A stretch of DNA of 64,000 bases. Origin: Paragordius varius (lineage: Eukaryota; Animalia; Nematomorpha). Made by a program: the position numbers and the translations under genes. The stretch covers positions 13,578,001 through 13,642,000 of the forward strand of contig OZ176053.1 in the NCBI GenBank assembly GCA_964247055.1, in the 5' to 3' direction. Positions within the stretch are counted from its first letter, which is position 1; each line of letters begins with the position of its first letter. The notes beneath the pieces were generated by a model. It saw nothing but the letters and a program-made list of their open reading frames with translations. It was not told where the DNA came from and did no database searches. Shown in pieces: positions 1 through 9,329 of this stretch.

Positions 1-178
1 AAAAATCGGATATTGGTCACCGGTGAACAAAACTATTTTTTATACATTCTTTTAGTAAGACTACATCAAAATATAGAGATAGTTTGACTAACTCTTTCAT
101 ATCCGATTTTTACAACGATACTTTTAAAATTAATGTATAAAACTAATCGCATCAATACTCAAGTTAAACTTTGTCCTT
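1..178 (+). repeat. Reference 178-bp monomer (48 G+C of 178, ~27% GC; 5 CpG; internal dyad symmetries)
   Basis: Counted directly. Contains TCACCGGTGA (18-27), AAAAATCGGATAT (1-13) with its reverse complement (99-111), and TTTTATACATT (38-48) with AATGTATAAAA (132-142). Confidence 0.97.
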
Positions 179-353
179 AACAATCGGATATTGGTCTTTG
201 GTGAACAAAATTATTTTTTATACATTCTCTTATTAAGACTACATCAAAATATAGAGATAGTTTGACAAACTCTTTCATCTCCGATTTTTACAACGATACT
301 TTGAAAATTAATGTATAAAACTAGTCGCATCAATACTCAAGTTAAACTTTGTC

Positions 354-1400
354 AAAAATCGGATATTGGTCACCGGTGAACAAAACTATTTTTTATACAT
401 TCTTTTAGTAAGACTACATCAAAATATAGAGATAGTTTGACTAACTCTTTCATATCCGATTTTTACAACGATACTTTGAAAATTAATGTATAAAACTAGT
501 CGCATCAATACTCAAGTTAAACTTTGTCAAAAATCGGATATTGGTCACCGGTGAACAAAACTATCTTTTATACATTCTCTTAGTAGTACTACATCAAAAT
601 ATAGAGATAGTTTGACAAACTCTTTCATCTCCGATTTTTACAACGATACTTTGAAAATTAATGTATAAAACTAGTCGCATCAATACTCAAGTTAAACTTT
701 GTCAAAAATCGGATATTGGTCACCGGTGAACAAAACTATTTTTTATACATTCTTTTAGTAAGACATCAAAATATAGAGATAGTTTGACTAACTCTTTCAT
801 CTCCGATTTTTACAACGATACTTTGAAAATTAATGTATAAAACTAGTCGCATCAATACTCAAGTTAAACTTTGTCAAAAATCGGATATTGGTCACCGGTG
901 AACAAAACTATTTTTTATACATTCTTTTAGTAAGACTACATCAAAATATAGAGATAGTTTGACTAACTCTTTCATCTCCGATTTTTACAACGATACTTTG
1001 AAAATTAATGTATAAAACTAGTCGCATCAATACTCAAGTTAAACTTTGTCAAAAATCGGATATTGGTCACCGGTGACCAAAACTATTTTTTATACATTCT
1101 TTTAGTAAGACTACATCAAAATATAGAGATAGTTTGACTAACTCTTTCATCTCCGATTTTTACAACGATACTTTGAAAATTAATGTATAAAACTAGTCGC
1201 ATCAATACTCAAGTTAAACTTTGTCAAAAATCGGATATTGGTCACCGGTGAACAAAACTATTTTTTATACATTCTTTTAGTAAGACTACATCAAAATATA
1301 GAGATAGTTTGACTAACTCTTTCATCTCCGATTTTTACAACGATACTTTGAAAATTAATGTATAAAACTAGTCGCATCAATACTCAAGTTAAACTTTGTC
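354..1400 (+). repeat. Run of six near-identical short monomers (175 bp, one 172 bp) lacking CTT at the monomer junction
   Basis: Junctions read CTTTGTC|AAAAATCGG instead of CTTTGTCCTT|AAAAATCGG. Units 354-528, 529-703, 704-875, 876-1050, 1051-1225, 1226-1400. Confidence 0.95.
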
Positions 1401-1519
1401 AAAAATCGGATATTGGTCACCGGTGAACAAAACTATTTTTTATACATTCTCTTACTAAGACTACATTAAAATATAGAGATAGTTTGACAAATTCTTTCAT
1501 ATCCGATTTTTACAACGAT

Positions 1520-4500
1520 ACTTTAAAAATTAATGTATGATTTAGCATACGACAATATTCAAGTTAAACTTTGTCCTTAAAAATCGGATATTGGTGACCG
1601 GTGAACGAAACTATTTTCTATACATTCTCTTAGAAGGACTACATTAAAATATAGAGATAGTTTGACAAACTCTTTCATATCCGATTTTTACAACGATACT
1701 TTAAAAATTAATGTATAAAACTAGTCGCATCAATACTCAAGTTAAATTTTGTCCTTAAAAATGGGATATTGGTCACCGGTGAACAAAACTATTTTTTATA
1801 CATTCTCTTAGTACGACTACATTAAAATATAGAGATAGTTTGACAAATTCTTTCATATCCGATTTTTACAACGATACTTTAAAAATTAATGTATAAAACT
1901 AGTCGCATCAATACTCAAGTTAAACTTTGTCAAAAATCGGATATTGGTCACCGGTGAACAAAACTATTTTTTATAATTCTTTTAGTAAGACTACATCAAA
2001 ATATAGAGATAGTTTGACAAACTCTTTAATATCTGATTTTTACAACGATACTTTAAAAATTAATGTATAATTTAGCATACGACAATATTCAAGTTAAACT
2101 TTGTCCTTAAAAATCGGATATTGGTGACCGGTGAACGAAACTATTTTCTATACATTCTCTTAGAAGGACTACATTAAAATATAGAGATAGTTTGACAAAC
2201 TCTTTCATATCCGATTTTTACAACGATACTTGAAAAAATTAATGTATAAAACTAGTCGTATCAATACTCAAGTTAAACTTTGTCCTTAAAAATCGGATAT
2301 TGGTCACCGGTGACCAAAATTATTTTCTATACATTCTCTTAGAAGGACTACATTAAAATATAGAGATAGTTTGTCAAACTCTTTCATATCCGATTTTTAC
2401 AACGATACTTGAAAAAATTAATGTATAAAACTAGTCGTATCAATACTCAAGTTAAACTTTGTAATTAAAAATCGGATATTGGTCACCAGTGAACAAAATT
2501 ATTTTTTATACATTCTCTTAGTAAGAAATATAGAGATAGTTTGTCAAACTCTTTTCATATCCAATTTTTACAACGATACTTTAAAAATTTATGTATGATT
2601 TAGCATACGACAATATTCAAGTTAAACTTTGTCCTTAAAAATCGGATATTGGTGACCGGTGAACGAAACTATTTTCTATACATTCTCTTAGAAGGACTAC
2701 ATTAAAATATAGAGATAGTTTGACAAACTCTTTCATATCCGATTTTTACAACGATACTTGAAAAAATTGATGTATAAAAATAATCGTATCAATACTCAAG
2801 TTAAACTTTGTCCTTAAAAATCGGATATTGGTCACCAGTGAACAAAATTATTTTTTATACATTCTCTTAGTAAGAAATATAGAGATAGTTTGACAAACTC
2901 TTTCATATCCGATTTTTACAACGATACTTTAAAAATTAATGTATAAAACTAGTCATATCAATAAATCGCATCAATACTCAAGTTAAACTTTGTCCTTAAA
3001 AATCGGATATTGGTCACCGGTGAACAAAATTATTTTTTATACATTCTCTTTAAGACTACATCAAAATATAGAGATAGTTTGACAAACTCTTTAATATCTG
3101 ATTTTTAGAGCGATACTTTAAAAATTAATGTATAATTTAGCATACGACAATAAGCAAGTTAAACTTTGTCCTTAAAAATCGGATATTAGTCGCCGGTAAA
3201 GAAAATAATCTTTTATACATTCTCTTAGTAGTACTACATCAAAATATAGAGATAGTTTGACAAACTCTTTAATATCTGATTTTTAGAGCGATACTTTAAA
3301 AATTAATGTATAATTTAGCATACGAGAATAAGCAAGTTAAACTTTGTCCTTAAAAATCGGATATTGGTCTCCGGTGAACATAATTATTTTTTATACATTC
3401 TATTATTAAGACTACATCAAAATATAGAGATAGTTTGACAAACTCTTTCATCTCCGATTTTACAACGATACTTTGAAAATTAATGTATAAAACTAGTCGC
3501 ATCAATACTCAAGTTAAACTTTGTCAAAAATCGGATATTGGTCACCGGTGAACAAAACTATTTTTTATACATTCTTTTAGTAAGACTACATCAAAATATA
3601 GAGATAGTTTGACTAACTCTTTCATATCCGATTTTTACAACGATACTTTTAAAATTAATGTATAAAACTAATCGCATCAATACTCAAGTTAAACTTTGTC
3701 CTTATAACTCTTTCATCTCCGATTTTTACAACGATACTTTGAAAATTAATGTATAAAACTAGTCGCATCAATACTCAAGTTAAACTTTGTCAAAAATCGG
3801 ATATTGGTCACCGGTGAACAAAACTATTTTTTATACATTCTTTTAGTAAGACTACATCAAAATATAGAGATAGTTTGACTAACTCTTTCATCTCCGATTT
3901 TTACAACGATACTTTAAAATTTAATGTATATAACTAGTCGCATCAATACTCAAGCTAAACTTTGTCCTTAAAAATGGGATATTGGTCACCGGTGAACAAA
4001 ACTATTTTTTATACATTCTCTTACTAAGACTACATTAAAATATAGAGATAGTTTGACAAATTCTTTCATATCCGATTTTTACAACGATACTTTAAAAATT
4101 AATGAATAAAACTAGTCGCATCAATACTCAAATTAAACTTTGTCAAAAATCGGATATTGGTCACCGGTGAACAAAACTATTTTTTATAAATCTTTTAGTA
4201 AGACTACATCAAAATATAGAGATAGTTTGAAAAACTGTTTAATATCTGATTTTTACAACGATACTTTAAAAATTAATGTCTAATTTAGCATACGACAATA
4301 TTCAAGTTAAACTTTGTCCTTAAAAATCGGATATTGGTGACCGGTGAACGAAACTATTTTCTATACATTCTCTTAGAAGGACTACATTAAAATATAGAGA
4401 TAGTTTGACAAACTCTTTCATATCCGATTTTTACAACGATACTTGAAAAATTAATGTATGATTTAGCATACGACAATATTCAAGTTAAACTTTGTCCTTA

Positions 4501-6970
4501 AAAATCGGATATTGGTGACCGGTGAACGAAACTATTTTCTATACATTCTCTTAGAAGGACTACATTAAAATATAGAGATAGTTTGACAAACTCTTTCATA
4601 TCCGATTTTTACAACGATACTTTAAAAATTAATGTATAAAACTAGTCGCATCAATACTCAAGTTAAATTTTGTCCTTAAAAATGGGATATTGGTCACCGG
4701 TGAACAAAACTATTTTTTATACATTCTCTTAGTACGACTACATTAAAATATAGAGATAGTTTGACAAATTCTTTCATATCCGATTTTTACAACGATACTT
4801 TAAAAATTAATGTATAAAACTAGTCGCATCAATACTCAAGTTAAACTTTGTCAAAAATCGGATATTGGTCACCGGTGAACAAAACTATTTTTTATAATTC
4901 TTTTAGTAAGACTACATCAAAATATAGAGATAGTTTGACAAACTCTTTAATATCTGATTTTTACAACGATACTTTAAAAATTAATGTATAATTTAGCATA
5001 CGACAATATTCAAGTTAAACTTTGTCCTTAAAAATCGGATATTGGTGACCGGTGAACGAAACTATTTTCTATACATTCTCTTAGAAGGACTACATTAAAA
5101 TATAGAGATAGTTTGACAAACTATCTCTATATCCGATTTTTACAACGATACTTGAAAAAATTAATGTATAAAACTAGTCGTATCAATACTCAAGTTAAAC
5201 TTTGTCCTTAAAAATCGGATATTGGTCACCGGTGACCAAAATTATTTTCTATACATTCTCTTAGAAGGACTACATTAAAATATAGAGATAGTTTGACAAA
5301 CTCTTTCATATCCGATTTTTACAACGATACTTGAAAAAATTAATGTATAAAACTAGTCGTATCAATACTCAAGTTAAACTTTGTAATTAAAAATCGGATA
5401 TTGGTCACCAGTGAACAAAATTATTTTTTATACATTCTCTTAGTAGGAAATATAGAGATAGTTTGTCAAACTCTTTTCATATCCAATTTTTACAACGATA
5501 CTTTAAAAATTTATGTATGATTTAGCATACGACAATATTCAAGTTAAACTTTGTCCTTAAAAATCGGATATTGGTGACCGGTGAACGAAACTATTTTCTA
5601 TACATTCTCTTAGAAGGACTACATTAAAATATAGAGATAGTTTGACAAACTCTTTCATATCCGATTTTTACAACGATACTTGAAAAAATTGATGTATAAA
5701 AATAGTCGTATCAATACTCAAGTTAAACTTTGTCCTTAAAAATCGGATATTGGTCACCAGTGAACAAAATTATTTTTTATACATTCTCTTAGTAAGAAAT
5801 ATAGAGATAGTTTGACAAACTCTTTCATATCCGATTTTTACAACGATACTTTAAAAATTAATGTATAAAACTAGTCATATCAATAAATCGCATCAATACT
5901 CAAGTTAAACTTTGTCCTTAAAAATCGGATATTGGTCACCGGTGAACAAAATTATTTTTTATACATTCTCTTTAAGACTACAGCAAAATATAGAGATAGT
6001 TTGACAAACTCTTTAATATCTGATTTTTAGAGCGATACTTTAAAAATTAATGTATAATTTAGCATACGACAATAAGCAAGTTAAACTTTGTCCTTAAAAA
6101 TCGGATATTAGTCGCCGGTAAAGAAAATAATCTTTTATACATTCTCTTAGTAGTACTACATCAAAATATAGAGATAGTTTGACAAACTCCTATATATCTG
6201 ATTTTTAGAGCGATACTTTAAAAATTAATGTATAATTTAGCATACGAGAATAAGCAAGTTAAACTTTGTCCTTAAAAATCGGATATTGGTCTCCGGTGAA
6301 CATAATTATTTTTTATACATTCTATTATTAAGACTACATCAAAATATAGAGATAGTTTGACAAACTCTTTCATCTCCGATTTTACAACGATACTTTGAAA
6401 ATTAATGTATAAAACTAGTCGCATCAATACTCAAGTTAAACTTTGTCAAAAATCGGATATTGGTCACCGGTGAATAAAACTATTTTTTATACATTCTTTT
6501 AGTAAGACTACATCAAAATATAGAGATAGTTTGACTAACTCTTTCATATCCGATTTTTACAACGATACTTTTAAAATTAATGTATAAAACTAATCGCATC
6601 AATACTCAAGTTAAACTTTGTCCTTATAACTCTTTCATCTCCGATTTTTACAACGATACTTTGAAAATTAATGTATAAAACTAGTCGCATCAATACTCAA
6701 GTTAAACTTTGTCAAAAATCGGATATTGGTCACCGGTGAACAAAACTATTTTTTATACATTCTTTTAGTAAGACTACATCAAAATATAGAGATAGTTTGA
6801 CTAACTCTTTCATCTCCGATTTTTACAACGATACTTTAAAATTTAATGTATATAACTAGTCGCATCAATACTCAAGCTAAACTTTGTCCTTAAAAATGGG
6901 ATATTGGTCACCGGTGAACAAAACTTTTTTTTATACATTCTCTTACTAAGACTACATTAAAATATAGAGA
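1520..6970 (+). repeat. Higher-order duplication: ~1520-4050 repeated at ~4440-6970 (offset 2921-2922 bp, ~17 monomers)
   Basis: Shared rare variants at a constant offset: ATGGG 1761/4682, AGTCATATCAATAAATCGC 2951/5873, CGCCGG 3191/6113, truncated monomer 3704/6626, CAAGCT 3951/6873. Confidence 0.95.
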
Positions 6971-8944
6971 TAGTTTGACAAACTCTTTCATATCCGATTT
7001 TTACAACGATACTTTGAAAATTAATGTATAAAATTAGTCGCATCAATACTCAAGCTAAACTTTGTCGTTAAAATGGGATATTAGTCACCGGTGAACAAAA
7101 CTATTTTTTATACATTCTCTTAGTAAGACTACATCAAAATATAGAGATAGTTTGACAAACTCTTTCATATCCGATTTTTACAACGATACTTTTAAAATTA
7201 ATGTATAAAACTAATCGCATCAAAACTCAAGTTAAACTTTGTCTTTAAAAATCGGATATTGGTCACCGGTGAACAAAATTATTTTTTATACATTCTCTTA
7301 GTAAGACTACATGAAAATATAGAGATAGTTTGACAGACTCTTTCATATCCGATTTTTACAACGATACTTGAAAAAATTAATGTATAAAACTAGTCGTATA
7401 CATACTCAAGTTAAACTTTGTCCTTAAAAATCAGATATTGGTCACCGGTGACCAAAATTATTTTTTATACATTCTCTTATTAAGACTACATCAAAATATA
7501 GAGATAGTTTGACAAACTCTTTCATATCCGATTTTTACAACAATACTTTAAAAATTAATGTATAAAACTAGTCGCATCAATATTCAAGTTAAACTTTGTC
7601 CTTAAAAATCGGATATTGGTCACCGGTGAACAAAACTAATTTTTATACATTCTTTTAGTAAGACTACATCAAAATATAGAGATAGTTTGATAAACTCTTT
7701 CATATCCGATTTTTACAACGATACTTTAAAAATTAATGTAAAAAACTAGTCGGATCAATACTCAAGTTAAACTTTGTCCTTAAAAATCGGATATTGGTCA
7801 CCGGTGAACAAAATTATTTTTTATACATTCTGTTAGTAAGACTACATCAAAATATAGAGATAGTTTGACAAACTCTTTCATTTCCGATTTTTACAACGAT
7901 ACTTTTAAAATTAATGTATAAAACTAATCGCATCAATACTCAAGTTAAACTTTGTCCTTAAAAATCGGATATTGGTCACCGGTGAACAAAACTATTTTTT
8001 ATGGATTCTCTTAGTAAGACTACATCAAAATATAGAGTAGTTTGATAAACTCTTTCATATCCGATTTTTACAACGATACTTTAAAAATTAATGTAAAAAA
8101 CTAGTCGGATCAATACTCAAGTTAAACTTTGTCCTTAAAAATCGAATATTGGTCACCGGTGAACAAAATTATTTTTTATACATTCTGTTAGTAAGACTAC
8201 ATCAAAATATAGAGATAGTTTGACAAACTCTTTCATATCCGATTTTTACAACGATACTTTTAAAATTAATGTATAAAACTAATCGCATCAATACTCAAGT
8301 TAAACTTTGTCCTTAAAAATCGGATATTGCTCACCGGTGAACAAAACTATTTTTTATGGATTCTCTTAGTAAGACTACATCAAAATATAGAGATAGTTTG
8401 ACAAACTCTTTCATATCCGATTTTTACAACGATACTTTAAAAATTACTGTATAAAACTAATCCCATCAATACTCAAGTTAAACTTTGTCCTTAAAAATCG
8501 GATATTGGTCACCGGTGAACATATTTTTTATATATTCTCTTAGTAAGACTACATCAAAATATAGAGATAGTTTGACAAACTATTTCATATCCGATTTTTA
8601 GAACGATACTTTTAAAATTAATGTATAAAACTAATCGCATCAATACTCAAGTTAAACTTTGTCCTTAAAAATCGGATATTAGTCGCCGGTAAAAAAAATA
8701 ATTTTTTATACATTCTCTTATTAGGACTACATCAAAATATAGAGATAGTTTGACAAACTCTTTCATATCCAATTTTAACAACGATACTTTTAAAATTAAT
8801 ATATAAAACTAATCGCATCAATACTCAAGTTAAACTTTGTCCTTAAAAATCGGATATTGATCACCGGTGAACAAAACTATTTTTTATAGATTCTCTTAGT
8901 AAGACTACATCAAAATATAGAGATAGTTTGACAAACTCTTTCAT

Positions 8945-8960
8945 ATCCGATTCTAAAAGA
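8945..8960. other. Satellite orientation switch (inversion breakpoint) at 8952/8953
   Basis: Forward ...TCATATCCGATT is joined directly to CTAAAAGAATGTATAAAAAATAGTTTTGTTC, the reverse complement of GAACAAAACTATTTTTTATACATTCTTTTAG. No inserted sequence. Confidence 0.97.
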
Positions 8961-9329
8961 ATGTATAAAAAATAGTTTTGTTCATCCGGCGACTAATATC
9001 CGATTTTTAAGGACAAAGTTTAACTTGCTTATTGTCGTATGCTAAATTATACATTAATTTTTAAAGTATCGCTCTAAAAATCAGATATTAAAGAGTTTGT
9101 CAAACTATCTCTATATTTTGATGTAGTCTTACTAAGAGAATGTATAAAAAATAATTTTGTTCACCGGTGACCAATATCCGATTTTTAAGGACAAAGTTTA
9201 ACTTGAGTATTAATGCGACTAGTTTAACACATTAATTTTTAAAGTATCGTTGTAAAAATCGGATATGAAAGAGTTTGTTAAAATATCTCTATATTTTGAT
9301 GTAGTCTTACTAAGAGAATGTATAAAAAA

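Larger units (their letters stand above)
1..8952 (+). repeat. Tandem satellite DNA array, ~175-178 bp monomer, forward-orientation block (~50 monomers; continues beyond the left edge)
   Basis: Continuous head-to-tail copies of AAAAATCGGATATTGGTCACCGGTGAAC...CAAGTTAAACTTTGTC(CTT). Monomer starts at 1, 179, 354, 529, 704, 876, 1051, 1226, 1401, 1579. Strand label is arbitrary, set by the first monomer. Confidence 0.99.

Noticed and set aside
1-178. Identity with Arabidopsis CEN178/180 or primate alpha satellite; CENP-B box
   Set aside because: Only the length is similar. I do not recognise sequence similarity, and I see no TTCG....A..CGGG CENP-B box motif.
1-178. 10-bp phased A-tracts (intrinsic curvature)
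   Set aside because: A/T tracts are frequent (starts near 1, 29, 36, 50, 68, 107, 122, 139), but I cannot see clean helical phasing by eye. A curvature calculation is needed.
8940-8970. Transposon insertion or simple fold-back read artefact at the orientation switch
   Set aside because: No foreign sequence or target-site duplication is present, and the arms are not mirror copies. A misjoin still needs read-level exclusion.
8941-9010. Inversion by direct recombination between the monomer's own ATATCCGATTTTT inverted repeats
   Set aside because: That would give CATATCCGATTTTTAAGGAC at the junction. About 45 bp of additional reverse-strand monomer intervene, so the break is not a clean IR crossover.
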